The notes: generated by a model not told the origin, from the letters alone. Positions 53,520 through 64,000 are shown, counted from the stretch's first letter. The stretch is 64,000 nt of DNA from Fischerella sp. JS2 (GCF_032393985.1 NZ_CP135918.1:4525724-4589723); one strand, 5' to 3'. Translations and numbers: made by a program.

Positions 53520-53916
53520 TTTATGAATTGGGACTGTAACCAAAATTGAGGTTTAGAGAAATCGAACACTGATGCACACTGATGAACACAGATAGATTAT
53601 CCGTAGGTATTTATGTTATGTGTCGGTGTTTGCTTACTTATAAGCTTAAAAATAGGTTGATAGCATTTCTTTGTAGATGCATCGGTGTGTATCGCCTTGC
53701 ACAGTGGTCGTTTTTCCCACCTAATTGCAAACCGCTATATAATCTATTGCTTAAATTCGATAACTGTGCATTAAGTAAAAAAATGACTATAAAGGTTGGT
53801 TAATAGTTTTGGTTGGTAGTTGGTTATTCTATTTACCACTAACCAATGTAGAGACGTGCCATGACACGTCTGGTACAACCACTAACTACTAACCACTAAT
53901 AACTAACATTAAAAAC

Positions 53917-54867
53917 ATGAGCGAAACCCACACTGTATTTAATCGCCTTAGTCAAGCTTTAAACCGAGTCATTGTCGGGCAATCTAGTATTGTACAACAG
54001 CTACTCATCGCACTGTTGGCAGGTGGCCACGTAATTTTGGAAGGTGTACCAGGAACTGGTAAAACACTCTTGGTAAAAGTTTTGGCACAGATTATCCAAG
54101 CGGAGTTTCGTCGTATCCAACTCACGCCGGATGTTTTACCCGCAGATATTACTGGTACTAATATTTTTGACTTAAATAGTCGCAGTTTTACTTTGAAAAA
54201 GGGGCCAGTGTTTACTGAAGTGCTGTTAGCAGACGAAATTAACCGCACTCCCCCCAAAACCCAAGCGGCGCTACTAGAAGCAATGGAAGAAATGCAGGTA
54301 ACGCTGGATGGTGAAAGTTTGCCATTACCAGATTTATTTTGGGTAATTGCTACGCAAAATCCCTTGGAGTTTGAGGGTACTTATCCTTTACCAGAAGCAC
54401 AACTAGACAGATTTGTATTCAAGCTGGTAGTAGATTACCCAGATGAAGTAGCAGAAAAACAAATGTTACTAAATCGACAGGCGGGGTTTGCAGCACGACG
54501 TTTAGATATTGCTAGCCTTAAACCAGTGGCGAATGTAGCGGAAATTTTGCAGGCGCGACAAGAAGTCAAACAAGTGCAAGTTTCTGAAGCAATCATAGAT
54601 TATCTTTTGGCATTGGTAAGAACATCGCGACAACACCCGGATTTAGCTTTGGGTGCATCACCCCGCGCTGCTACTTCTTGGTTTGTAACAGCACAAGCAA
54701 CGGCGTACTTAGCAGGTAGGGATTTTGTTACTCCTGATGATGTCAAAACAGTTGCAACTCCACTGTTGCGTCATCGTCTGCTTTTGAAACCAGAAGCACT
54801 GTTAGATGGTTTACAAATTGATGCAGCGATCGCTTCAATACTTAACAAAGTTCCAGTACCAAGGTAA
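53917..54867 (+). CDS. MoxR-family AAA+ ATPase
   Basis: Walker A GVPGTGKT, Walker B LLADEINR and the sensor motifs. 316 aa, typical MoxR. Confidence 0.9.
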   Translation: MSETHTVFNRLSQALNRVIVGQSSIVQQLLIALLAGGHVILEGVPGTGKTLLVKVLAQIIQAEFRRIQLTPDVLPADITGTNIFDLNSRSFTLKKGPVFTEVLLADEINRTPPKTQAALLEAMEEMQVTLDGESLPLPDLFWVIATQNPLEFEGTYPLPEAQLDRFVFKLVVDYPDEVAEKQMLLNRQAGFAARRLDIASLKPVANVAEILQARQEVKQVQVSEAIIDYLLALVRTSRQHPDLALGASPRAATSWFVTAQATAYLAGRDFVTPDDVKTVATPLLRHRLLLKPEALLDGLQIDAAIASILNKVPVPR

Positions 54868-54928
54868 AGGATGAAGTATGAAGGATGAAAGGTGTAGACG
54901 CGCCTTCTTCGGCTTCAAGGTAGAGTAG

Positions 54929-55304
54929 GGTGAAAAGCAAAAGCCGTGGGATATTAGAGAAAGGTCGTTTGAATATGCTTTACGAGCAATCAAACTTTAT
55001 CAATTTTTGCAGCAAGGCAAAGACCAAGCTGGTTACATTATTGGCAAACAATTCTTCAGAGCAGCAACTTCTATCGGGGCTAACATTGAAGCAGTCAAAT
55101 AGAAGCGAAAGTAAATCAGATTCCATTCACAAGTACAATATTGCTCAAAAAGAAGCAAGAGAAAGCTTGTACTAGCTTCGTCTTTTAGCTAAATCAGAAA
55201 TTATTCCAACTCAAAATTTAACATCTTTGACCGATGAAACCGAGGAACTAATATCAATTATCACAACGATAATTGTCCGTGCTAAAAACAATAAACGTTC
55301 CTAA
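54929..55304 (+). pseudogene. Disrupted four-helix-bundle protein gene (TIGR02436-type, formerly called 23S rRNA intervening-sequence protein)
   Basis: Similarity to the family runs across two reading frames: ...FEYALRAIKLYQFLQQGKDQAGYIIGKQFFRAATSIGANIEA in one frame, then SKSDSIHKYNIAQKEARESLY-*-LRLLAKSEIIPTQ... in another. One frameshift near 55100 and an in-frame TAG at 55173 where Trp (TGG) is expected. No start codon. Flanked by GGATGAAGG-type inverted repeats. Confidence 0.55.
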
Positions 55305-55327
55305 CTTCACCCTTCATCCTTCAAAAT

Positions 55328-56662
55328 ATGATTCCCTCAAAACGAGTTTATTTACTTTTAATTTTAGGAATTGCGATCGCGTCTACTTTAGCCATCTTTT
55401 TTGGCGTTCGTGCCAGCATCACTATAATTTTGCTATATGATGCCGTAGTTTTGGCATCTATGGTTGTGGATGGTTTGTTAGTTCGGCGTCACCGGGTGCA
55501 GGTGTCACGGGAATTACTACCGCGCTTGTCTGTAGGACGGGATAATTTGGTAGTACTGCGAGTTACTTCGGAAAAAAATCAGGCAATCATTCAAATTCGC
55601 GACTATTACCCAAGTGAGTTTGGTGTCTCGACACCAACACTAGACGCTAAGATTCCTAGTCAGACCACTCAAGAGTTAACTTATACAGTCCACCCAACCC
55701 AACGGGGAGAATTTTCTTGGGGAGATATCCAGGTGAGACAACTCGGTGCTTGGGGTTTAGCTTGGGACGATCGCAAGATTCCCCAAATTCTGAAAGTTTG
55801 GGTTTATCCAGATTTAGTCGGGTTGCGATCGCTTTCTATTCGCTTGACATTGCAATCTTCTGGTGCTATGCGTCAGTTTCGCCAGTTGGGAATTGGCACA
55901 GAGTTTGCGGAACTGCGAAACTATCGTACGGGTGATGATTTGCGGTTGATTGATTGGAAAGCAACAGCGCGGCGGGTTGGTTATGGGAATACACCGCCAT
56001 TAGTCAGGGTATTAGAACCAGAACAAGAGCAAACTTTGTTGATTTTGCTAGATCGGGGAAGGTTGATGACAGCAAAAGTCCAGGGTTTGCGACGGTTTGA
56101 CTGGGGTTTAAATGCGACTTTATCTTTGGCTTTAGCAGGATTACATCGAGGCGATCGCGTTGGGGTAGGTGTATTTGATCGCCAGATGCATACATGGATT
56201 TCCCCAGAAAGGGGACAAAATCATTTAGGAACTCTCATTGATCGCTTGACTCCCATTCAACCAGTGCTACTAGAATCTGATTACATGGGTGCGGTAACTC
56301 ATGTTGTCCAACAACAAACTCGTAGAGCCTTAATTGTAGTTATTACCGATATAGTTGATAATACTGCCTCTGCCGAACTGCTGGCTGCTCTTTCGAGACT
56401 TACACCCCGCTATCTTTCTTTTGCTGTTACTTTACGCGATCCCCAAGTAGATCGTCTAGCACATCTTCCCCCAACAGCAGACTTTGAGGGAGTGAAAAAT
56501 GCTTATACCCGCGCAGTTGCTTTAGACTTATTAGCACAGCGACAAGTAGCATTTGCCCAACTCAAGCAAAAAGGTGTGTTAGTTCTCGACGCACCCGCAA
56601 ATCAAATTACAGAACAACTAGTTGATAGATACTTGCAACTTAAAGCGCGGAATTTACTTTAA
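55328..56662 (+). CDS. DUF58-domain protein (vWA-like, MoxR partner)
   Basis: N-terminal TM helices, the DUF58 core and a degenerate vWA/MIDAS-like region. It directly follows the MoxR gene as in conserved MoxR-DUF58 pairs. Confidence 0.85.
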   Translation: MIPSKRVYLLLILGIAIASTLAIFFGVRASITIILLYDAVVLASMVVDGLLVRRHRVQVSRELLPRLSVGRDNLVVLRVTSEKNQAIIQIRDYYPSEFGVSTPTLDAKIPSQTTQELTYTVHPTQRGEFSWGDIQVRQLGAWGLAWDDRKIPQILKVWVYPDLVGLRSLSIRLTLQSSGAMRQFRQLGIGTEFAELRNYRTGDDLRLIDWKATARRVGYGNTPPLVRVLEPEQEQTLLILLDRGRLMTAKVQGLRRFDWGLNATLSLALAGLHRGDRVGVGVFDRQMHTWISPERGQNHLGTLIDRLTPIQPVLLESDYMGAVTHVVQQQTRRALIVVITDIVDNTASAELLAALSRLTPRYLSFAVTLRDPQVDRLAHLPPTADFEGVKNAYTRAVALDLLAQRQVAFAQLKQKGVLVLDAPANQITEQLVDRYLQLKARNLL

Positions 56663-57460
56663 AACCCGATTTAATTTGCCACTGCTATAACCTTCTAAAT
56701 CTAGAGTTACGTAGATAAAACCAAACTCTTGAAATGTGGTGACAACTGTGTTTAAATCTGTATTCAAGACAAAATCTTTAATTTTTTCTGGTGGTAATTC
56801 AATCCTGGCAGTATCGCCTTCTGAACGAACCCGTAAATTCTGCCATCCCAACTTCCGCAGATAAATTTCTGCCCTACCTACACGTTGTAACTTCGCTACA
56901 GTAATTTCTTCGCCATAAGGAAAACGAGAACTCAGACAAGGTTGGGCAGGTTTATCCCACCAAGGTAGACCGAGTTGTTGGGAAATTTGCCGCACTTCGC
57001 CTTTGGTAATCCCAACTTCTGCTAGAGGCGATCGCGCACCTCTTTCTTTTGCTGCCTGAATTCCTGGCCGATAATCATGCAAATCATCAGCATTCACCCC
57101 ATCTACTACGTAAGGATAACCCATTTCTACAGCTAAAGGTTTGAGGGTATCGTGCAATTCACTTTTGCAGAAATAACAACGGTTAACAGGGTTAGAAGTG
57201 TAATTAGGATTTTCCATCTCATGTGTGGCGATGATTTGATGGGGAATCCCAATCATTGCTGCTTGGATTTTAGCATCTTCCAATTCTTCAGGTAACAAAC
57301 TCGGCGAAACAGCTGTCACAGCCAAAGCGCGATCGCCCAAGACATCATAAGCAACCTTAGCAACCAAAGTACTATCAACACCACCAGAATAAGCAATTAA
57401 AGCTTGATTCATCTGGGCGAATATGGCTTTGAGTTGCTCAAGTTTTTCTGTCAACATCAT
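56654..57460 (-). CDS. PP-loop ATP pyrophosphatase family protein (LarE-like, TIGR00268)
   Basis: SGGVDS PP-loop motif near the N-terminus. 268 aa. Confidence 0.7.
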   Translation of the reverse strand: MMLTEKLEQLKAIFAQMNQALIAYSGGVDSTLVAKVAYDVLGDRALAVTAVSPSLLPEELEDAKIQAAMIGIPHQIIATHEMENPNYTSNPVNRCYFCKSELHDTLKPLAVEMGYPYVVDGVNADDLHDYRPGIQAAKERGARSPLAEVGITKGEVRQISQQLGLPWWDKPAQPCLSSRFPYGEEITVAKLQRVGRAEIYLRKLGWQNLRVRSEGDTARIELPPEKIKDFVLNTDLNTVVTTFQEFGFIYVTLDLEGYSSGKLNRVLK

Positions 57461-57920
57461 TTTCTAGCCTAACCAAAACCCCATAATTTAAATTGTAGTT
57501 AGTAGTTAGTAGTTAATGGTTGGTGGTTAATAGTTACTGGTAATTCCTTTACCCCTCACACTCCTCATACTCCCCCACCTTTCCCATCTCCTTGTCGCCA
57601 AATGTAACAGATAGTGAAATGGTATTACTTATTTACCACTATCTACTAACTACTAACTACTAACTACTAATGTACAGACGCGATGTTCCTCGCGTCTCTA
57701 CCTACTAACTACTAACAATCAACAACTAACAACTATCTACTAACAAAATAAAATATCCCCACAACTGGCTGGTAACTTGACGGAGATTCCGCCAGAGCCA
57801 CTAGCAAGTGTGGGGAGTATGATGGTATTAAGAAATCATGATCAATATTCAGGTGCGATTTTGCACTTAGACAAGCGCAAGCGAAACTGCACCTTGAGAC
57901 ATTGTGAGTCTGGCCTTCGA

Positions 57921-58406
57921 TTAAGACATCGCTTGAATGATGTAATCAAAGTAAGGTGCTGCTTCAGCAGAGTCGCCTGTATTCAGTAAATCAAGGGAGG
58001 CTTTTTTCAAGCAGTTGATGGCTTCTACCATTCCAGGTACAGGAACACCCAAGGAATTGTACATTTCTCGCACACCAATCAAACCAATTTTTTCGATTGG
58101 TTCTTTGTCGCCGGCAAGTACACCATAAGTAATTAGGCGTAAATACCAGCCAAAATCACGGATACATAAAGCACGTTGGCGTTCTCCGTAGGCATTACCT
58201 CCTGGTGAGATAAAATCAGGACGCTTTTGCCAAAGCTGTTTGGTAGCTTCCTGAACAATCTTTTTTTCATTTTCAGCTAGCGTACTAGCAATGCGTACGC
58301 GCTGTTCGCCGGTTTGTAAAAACTCTTTGATGCTTTTGAGTTCACCACTGCTGGGATAACGCAGTTCGTCGTCGGCTTTGAGAATAACTTGGCTTACTAC
58401 AGTCAT
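57921..58406 (-). CDS. apcD: Allophycocyanin alpha-B subunit
   Basis: Near-identity with ApcD over the full length ([61 protein letters not shown]...). Bilin-binding Cys in the CIRD context. Confidence 0.85.
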   Translation of the reverse strand: MTVVSQVILKADDELRYPSSGELKSIKEFLQTGEQRVRIASTLAENEKKIVQEATKQLWQKRPDFISPGGNAYGERQRALCIRDFGWYLRLITYGVLAGDKEPIEKIGLIGVREMYNSLGVPVPGMVEAINCLKKASLDLLNTGDSAEAAPYFDYIIQAMS

Positions 58407-58702
58407 GATATTGAATCACGAGATTTATTATTTGCTAGTTTAACGAGTCTTGTGGACACAAGTGAAGGGGGATTGGGGAGATGGGAAGGGAAGAGGGACA
58501 CGGGAGACAAGGAAGGGCACGTGGGAACTCGGGGTCTCTGGTGGGGAAGGGGGCGGAGAGTATGAGGAGTGTGGGGAGACAAGAACGACTTGAAGGACAA
58601 GGAAGAAATTACCTATTTCCTGTTAAGAGTTAAGAGTTCCCTCTTACCAACAACCAACCACTAACTACTAACAAATTACTATTGACAATTGACTATTGAC
58701 AA

Positions 58703-60076
58703 ATGACTAATTCTTTTTGGAAACAAGGTGAGTTAATAGAAGTTCAGATCACAGACACAACTGATACAGGCGATGGTGTAGGACGATCGCATGAACGGGT
58801 GGTGTTTGTACCAGATACTGTACCAGGCGATCGCGCTATTGTCCGTCTAGTACACGTCAAATCTAACTATGCCCACGCTAAGCTTAAACAAATATTACAA
58901 CCCTCGATCCACCGCATTCGACCAAGCTGCATTGTCGCTGATAAATGTGGTGGTTGCCAGTGGCAACATATAGATTATGAATATCAGCTAGAAGCGAAAC
59001 GCAATCAAGTTATTCAAGCTTTAGAACGTATCGGTGGTTTTGTCCAACCACCTGTAGATTTGGTTTTAAGGGCTGCTTCGCCTCTGGGTTATCGCAATAA
59101 AGTCACCTATCCTATGGGTGTATCTGCAACTGGAAATGTCCAAACAGGCTACTACCAAAAAGCTAGCCATCAATTAATTAATTTAAATCAATGTCCAGTC
59201 CAAGATCCACGATTAAATTCTTTATTGGCAGGAATTAAACAAGATATTCAAAAGCAAAATTGGGCAATTTATAACGAAAAAGACCACACAGGAATAATAC
59301 GTCATCTTGGATTACGCATCGGTCGGCGGACAGGAGAAATATTATTAACTTTGGTTGTAAAAGATTGGGATTTACCAGGTATTAAAGAGCAAGCACAGGA
59401 ATGGTTTAATCGCTATCCTACTTTAGTAGGAGTTTGTTTAAACTATAACTCGAAACGCACAAATACTATTTTTGGTAGGGAAACTCGTTGTATTGTCGGT
59501 ACTGGTTATCTGCGAGAAGAATTTGCCGGGTTAGAATTTCAGGTACGTCCAGACACGTTTTTCCAGGTTTCCACGGAGACGGCAGAGACATTGTTACAGG
59601 TTATTCAATCAGAACTGCATTTACAAGGAACTGAAGTGTTACTTGATGCCTATTGTGGTGTCGGTACGTTAACTTTGCCACTAGCAAAACAAGTTCACCA
59701 AGCAATTGGGTTGGAAATACAACCAGAGGCGGTAGAACAGGCAATTTGTAATGCTCAAAACAATCAAATTCATAATGTGACTTTTATAACAGGTGCAGTG
59801 GAAAAATTACTGCCACAACTGGAAATTAAACCAGATATTGTTTTGCTAGATCCCCCACGCAAAGGATGCGATCGCCAAGTTGTTGAAACTTTATTAACAT
59901 TTCAACCAGAACGTATCGTTTATGTCAGCTGTAAAGTCGCAACCCTGGCACGCGATTTGAAATTACTTTGCGAAAATGATGTATATACTCTTACACGTGT
60001 ACAACCAGCAGATTTTTTTCCTCAAACCGCCCATGTAGAAGCAGCAGCTTTTCTTGTGCGATCGCAGTTGCTTTAA
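58703..60076 (+). CDS. rlmD: 23S rRNA (uracil-C5)-methyltransferase RlmD/RumA family
   Basis: N-terminal TRAM domain, Fe-S cluster Cys (C...CGGCQWQH...C) and a C-terminal SAM methyltransferase with the DPPR motif. Confidence 0.85.
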   Translation: MTNSFWKQGELIEVQITDTTDTGDGVGRSHERVVFVPDTVPGDRAIVRLVHVKSNYAHAKLKQILQPSIHRIRPSCIVADKCGGCQWQHIDYEYQLEAKRNQVIQALERIGGFVQPPVDLVLRAASPLGYRNKVTYPMGVSATGNVQTGYYQKASHQLINLNQCPVQDPRLNSLLAGIKQDIQKQNWAIYNEKDHTGIIRHLGLRIGRRTGEILLTLVVKDWDLPGIKEQAQEWFNRYPTLVGVCLNYNSKRTNTIFGRETRCIVGTGYLREEFAGLEFQVRPDTFFQVSTETAETLLQVIQSELHLQGTEVLLDAYCGVGTLTLPLAKQVHQAIGLEIQPEAVEQAICNAQNNQIHNVTFITGAVEKLLPQLEIKPDIVLLDPPRKGCDRQVVETLLTFQPERIVYVSCKVATLARDLKLLCENDVYTLTRVQPADFFPQTAHVEAAAFLVRSQLL

Positions 60077-60502
60077 ACAAAGATGAGTCTTTTAAAAAAC
60101 TCAAATTGAAAATTTGTAGTCTAGCGGATAGTAAAAATGCTAAACTAGAATTAAGCTAAAAATATAATTCTAATTGTGCAAAAAAATAGAAGCTGCATGG
60201 GCTACTCTCAGACATGAATTGGGTCGTCTAAACTAAAAATCGGCAAATGAAAGAGTATGTTTATACTCTTTTGTGAAAGCAAAGCATTTTTTTGAGTTGC
60301 TAACTACTTGGGTAAAGTTACTTCAGCCGTTTTGTGTGAGAACAGCCCAAAATCATTAGGAGAGCCAATGCTCCCTAGCATTTTCAAAATTTAGTTCCAA
60401 AGACGTTAGGTTTGAAGGCAACACGACCACCTCACAAATAATCAGGGTGCCTGTGACAGCAAACTGATGTCTAGCTAACTCTGAAGCTGCGGGGTTTCTC
60501 TT

Positions 60503-60955
60503 GTGATCACCATTTCACTTCGTCCAGTTGGACGTAGTTGGGGGACTATTAGTTTCGCCTCAACTTTATATCTGTGTCCAATATTAGATTTGCTTCTGGC
60601 AGAAATTCCAACGCCCATGCAAGCCGAACTGCGACTAGGGCTTCAAGAAGCCTTAGTTAATGCAGCTAAACATGGCAATAATCTTGATCCTAGTAAAAAG
60701 GTAATAGTACGTTATTCCCTAATAGATAACAAATATTGGTGGATCATCTCAGACCAAGGCGGAGGATTTACTCCTTCTTGTAAGTGTGATACAGATCCAA
60801 CCGAGTACCTGCCACCGGATGAGTCAGAATGCGGTCGTGGTTTGTCGATTTTGCATCTTGTTTTTGACGAAGTTGAGTGGAATACCAAAGGTACTGAGTT
60901 AAGGTTGTGTAAGCAATTGGAGCAAGCTCGACCGCGTATACCATTGCTGCGCTAG
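60503..60955 (+). CDS. Anti-sigma regulatory factor / HATPase_c-like Ser-protein kinase (RsbW-like)
   Basis: N and G1/G2 box-like motifs (EALVNAAKHGN...DQGGGF...GRGLSI). The start may be later than in the track. Confidence 0.6.
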   Translation: MITISLRPVGRSWGTISFASTLYLCPILDLLLAEIPTPMQAELRLGLQEALVNAAKHGNNLDPSKKVIVRYSLIDNKYWWIISDQGGGFTPSCKCDTDPTEYLPPDESECGRGLSILHLVFDEVEWNTKGTELRLCKQLEQARPRIPLLR

Positions 60956-61002
60956 AGGTGGGAGATGGGGAGAAAAAAGCACCCCATCTCCCCATCACCC
61001 CA

Positions 61003-61296
61003 TCACCCCATCTTAGTTCCGTGTGTCGGACAAGGTGGTGCAGAAATAGAGTGATCTAACCAACCTGTTGCTTGTTCTAACCTCGTGAGAGCTTCTTGTG
61101 GTTCTTCCTTAAGGAGGAAGACAATAGCTGCTGCTGCTTGTTCGCCAGCACGAGCTTTACGGTTAGATTTGAGGCGGTGCCAATCATTAGGAGAAATGCT
61201 CAACCTTTCCATCAGGGCTTGAGCTAATTCTAAAGTAGTAAATTGATTCAGTTGACTGTTTTTAAGCGGCTGTGTAGATTGAGACATACACTCCAA
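61003..61296 (-). CDS. Hypothetical protein
   Basis: ORF only. Divergent from the following gene. Confidence 0.35.
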   Translation of the reverse strand: MECMSQSTQPLKNSQLNQFTTLELAQALMERLSISPNDWHRLKSNRKARAGEQAAAAIVFLLKEEPQEALTRLEQATGWLDHSISAPPCPTHGTKMG

Positions 61297-61331
61297 GGTA
61301 TTGTCGCATTTACTTTTACTCTACTACTTTA

Positions 61332-61700
61332 ATGAAGCAGCCTCAAAAACCGTCAGAACCACCACAAGAGGATAATCAGGAACTTGATTTTGAACAAGAA
61401 CTCTTAGAAGTCGAGCGATCGCTTGCAGCTTTAAGAGAACGTTATCAACAGGTACAGCGCGATCTTCGTCAACAAAAACAACTGCAATACAAACTTTATA
61501 AACTCAGTCAAGATAAAAAACCAACACCAGAAATAGAAGCAGAGTTACGGCAAATTCAACAGCAATTAGAAGTATTGGAAGTCTGCTTAGAGAGTCAACT
61601 GTTTTCTTGGCGCAGTTTCAAAGAACCTTTTTGGCAAGCCATACGCTTTGGCGGAATGGGCGTTATCATAGGTTGGATATTAAAGTCTTGTGCTGGGTAG
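61332..61700 (+). CDS. Hypothetical coiled-coil protein with a C-terminal TM helix
   Basis: ORF with heptad-like QQ/E-rich central region and a hydrophobic C-terminus. Confidence 0.4.
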   Translation: MKQPQKPSEPPQEDNQELDFEQELLEVERSLAALRERYQQVQRDLRQQKQLQYKLYKLSQDKKPTPEIEAELRQIQQQLEVLEVCLESQLFSWRSFKEPFWQAIRFGGMGVIIGWILKSCAG

Positions 61701-61798
61701 GAATCGGGGATTTATTTAAGATCTAATTTTTTAAATTAAAATTTAGAGTCTACAATTCTAAAAATGTCACACTCTAGATTTTATGCTCTGATACAGAT

Positions 61799-63190
61799 AT
61801 GGTAGATAAAAGAATTGTAGAAATATTGCGAAATGGTCAGCCTGATGACTCACTAGAAGTTAAAGGCTGGGTGCGTACTAAACGCGAATTAAAAGGTTTT
61901 GCTTTTATAGAAGTAAATGATGGCTCATCTCTAGCTAACCTACAAGTAGTAATTAATCAAGAATTGCCGGATTATGAAAATATCTTGAAAAAGTTAAATA
62001 CAGGCGCTTCCGTAGAAGTGTCTGGGGTTTTAGTAGCTTCTCCTGCCAAAGGACAGCGTGTAGAATTAAAAGCAGATAGCGTCAAAGTTTACGGAGAAGC
62101 TGATCCCGAAACTTATCCTCTACAAAAGAAACGTCATTCCTTTGAGTTTCTGCGGACTATTGGACATTTGCGATCGCGTACTAATTCCTTTGGTGCAGTT
62201 TTCCGTGTCCGCAATGCTTGTGCTACCGCCATCCACCAATTCTTTCAAGAACGCGGTTTTATGTGGGTACATACTCCTATTATCACCGCCAGTGACTGTG
62301 AAGGTGCAGGAGAACTTTTTAGCGTCACTAGTTTAGATTTAAAAAACATTCCCCGCACAGAAAATCAAACTGTAGACTATACTAAAGACTTCTTCGCCAG
62401 ACCCACATACTTAACAGTTAGCGGTCAATTAGAAGCCGAAATCATGGCGATGGCGTTTAGCAACGTCTACACCTTTGGCCCTACCTTTCGCGCCGAAAAC
62501 TCCAATACTTCCCGTCATCTCGCAGAATTTTGGATGGTTGAGCCAGAAATGGCTTTTTGTGATCTCCATGGCGATATGGATTTAGCAGAGGAATTCCTTA
62601 AATATATTTTTAAATATGTGCTAGAAAAATGCCCAGAAGACATGGAATTTTTTAACCAGCGCATTGATAATACTGTGTTAGCAACAGCAGATAATATAAT
62701 TAACAATCAATTTGAACGTATCACTTATACAGAAGCCATCAAACTTTTAGAAAAAGCCGATGTGCAGTTTGATTATCCCGTTAATTGGGGCTTAGATCTA
62801 CAATCAGAACACGAGCGTTATCTTTGTGAACAATTATTCAAAAAACCAGTAATTGTGACTGATTATCCAGCCCAAATCAAAGCCTTTTATATGCGCTTAA
62901 ACGATGATGAAAAAACCGTTGCGGCGATGGATATTCTAGCACCGAAGATTGGTGAAATTATCGGTGGTTCCCAACGGGAAGAACGTTTAGAAGTGTTAGA
63001 AAAGCGGGTACTAGCGCAAGGAATGAAACTAGAAGACTTGTGGTGGTATCTAGATTTGCGTCGTTACGGTACTGTTCCCCATGCTGGTTTTGGATTGGGC
63101 TTTGAAAGACTCGTGCAATTTATGACCGGGATGGGGAATATTCGTGATGTGATTCCTTTCCCACGTACACCAGAAAGTGCGGAGTTTTAG
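61799..63190 (+). CDS. asnS: Asparagine--tRNA ligase
   Basis: 463 aa. N-terminal OB fold and class II motifs 1-3 (FRAE...[17 protein letters not shown]). Confidence 0.93.
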   Translation: MVDKRIVEILRNGQPDDSLEVKGWVRTKRELKGFAFIEVNDGSSLANLQVVINQELPDYENILKKLNTGASVEVSGVLVASPAKGQRVELKADSVKVYGEADPETYPLQKKRHSFEFLRTIGHLRSRTNSFGAVFRVRNACATAIHQFFQERGFMWVHTPIITASDCEGAGELFSVTSLDLKNIPRTENQTVDYTKDFFARPTYLTVSGQLEAEIMAMAFSNVYTFGPTFRAENSNTSRHLAEFWMVEPEMAFCDLHGDMDLAEEFLKYIFKYVLEKCPEDMEFFNQRIDNTVLATADNIINNQFERITYTEAIKLLEKADVQFDYPVNWGLDLQSEHERYLCEQLFKKPVIVTDYPAQIKAFYMRLNDDEKTVAAMDILAPKIGEIIGGSQREERLEVLEKRVLAQGMKLEDLWWYLDLRRYGTVPHAGFGLGFERLVQFMTGMGNIRDVIPFPRTPESAEF

Positions 63191-63540
63191 ACACATTAGT
63201 TTGTATAGCCACGATTTCTAATCGTTAAGGCTAGGTGCTTATCTAGCCCGCACTTTAGTTGCGGGCTGATAGCTAAAACCCACTTAAAGTGGGTTGAAAA
63301 GCTTATGCAATCAGTCTACTTTTAGTAGAATTGAACTATTAGCCCGCAGTTTACTAGCGGGCGAGTCTAGTAATATTTATCGAACTAACATTAAAAATTG
63401 CTAGATAGAACTGAAGCGATCGCTAGCATTAGTGCAATCATTAAAAAACACTCACTGGATAAAAAACAAGTAATTGAGTTATGAGTTTGAAATCGTCACA
63501 AACCAACTCATAACTCAACACTCATAAATTAGAGCTTGAT

Positions 63541-64000
63541 CTATGCCATTTGATTCTCAATCGCCCACCGTGCTAATTCAGTACGATTGTGGAGATTGGT
63601 TTTGCCCAACATGTTGGACACATGGCTTTCAACTGTACGCTGACTAACATTTAGTTCTTCAGCAATTTCGCGGTTAGCTAAACCCCTAGCGACAAACTGG
63701 ACAACTTTTAGTTCGGTTGGGGTTAACTGCACATCAAAGGGAACTTGAATACGCGAACCGTTGTCTCCTCCTTTGGCTTGATGTTCTTTCCAACGAATGG
63801 TTTGCTTGAGAGACGATTCTACTTGCGCCACCAACTCTTCTGGTTCAAAGGGCTTGACCATGTATACATCAGCACCTTTATTTAGTCCTTTGACCCGGTC
63901 TGCGCTTTGTCCCTTTGCTGAGAGAAATAGAACAGGAATCCAACTAGTGCGTTCGTTTTGCCGGACTTGTTCAACAAAAGTATATCCGTCCATTTCCGGC
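63541..64000 (-). CDS. LuxR/NarL-family response regulator (partial; N-terminus lies beyond the window end)
   Basis: C-terminal LuxR HTH (LTPTELKVVQFVARGLANREIAEELNVSQRTVESHV) preceded by a receiver domain truncated at the window edge. Confidence 0.85.
   Translation of the reverse strand, partial: PEMDGYTFVEQVRQNERTSWIPVLFLSAKGQSADRVKGLNKGADVYMVKPFEPEELVAQVESSLKQTIRWKEHQAKGGDNGSRIQVPFDVQLTPTELKVVQFVARGLANREIAEELNVSQRTVESHVSNMLGKTNLHNRTELARWAIENQMA

Noticed and set aside
54930-55175. 81-aa ORF from the track between the MoxR and DUF58 genes
   Set aside because: Only its C-terminal third resembles a protein family (four-helix-bundle), and that similarity continues in other frames. It was reinterpreted as part of a pseudogene.
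58403-58600. 65-aa Pro/His-rich ORF upstream of apcD
   Set aside because: It is a translation of a G-rich repeat (GGGGAGATGGGAAGGG...) on the opposite strand.

Overview
This 64 kb window looks like a chromosomal segment from a filamentous, Nostocales-type cyanobacterium. Three things point that way. The HIP1 octamer GCGATCGC is very frequent. There are many heptamer tandem-repeat tracts (ACTAACT/AGTTAGT, TTGACCA, ATTTGTC, GGTAATC), several carrying short hairpin inserts. The gene content is typically cyanobacterial: chlG, apcD, atpD-atpC, btpA, the PSRP-3 plastid-type ribosomal protein (Ycf65), a cyanobacterial vitamin K epoxide reductase (VKOR), a PSII S4-domain protein, and a valyl-tRNA synthetase (ValRS) with a CAAD membrane-anchor insertion.

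Most of the window is ordinary core genome: an ABC polysaccharide exporter pair, an ArsA-like ATPase, a zinc-dependent alcohol dehydrogenase (ADH), an aldo/keto reductase (AKR), a DEAD-box helicase, RimO, S-adenosylhomocysteine hydrolase (AhcY), an MscS channel, valS, asnS, rlmD and similar genes.

Four parts are accessory-like:
1. A 37-repeat CRISPR array at 9.9-12.7 kb with a 37-nt repeat. No cas genes lie within at least 9 kb on one side or 50 kb on the other. A small acidic ORF sits immediately downstream of the array in the transcription direction.
2. A conserved DUF4129-DUF4350-MoxR AAA+-DUF58 operon at 51.6-56.7 kb. It is interrupted by a decayed four-helix-bundle-protein pseudogene cassette and flanked by G-rich dispersed repeats.
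3. A very AT-rich 1 kb islet at 25.1-26.2 kb with a possible small secreted peptide.
4. A low-GC AmpG/BadF-kinase pair at 44.8-47.1 kb.

Other points worth noting are a divergent (non-RD) Ser/Thr kinase with seven WD40 repeats next to a large flotillin-like protein, and several pseudogene remnants (GxxExxY, a TPR protein with a tandem duplication) together with dispersed-repeat families. No rRNA or tRNA genes were recognised.
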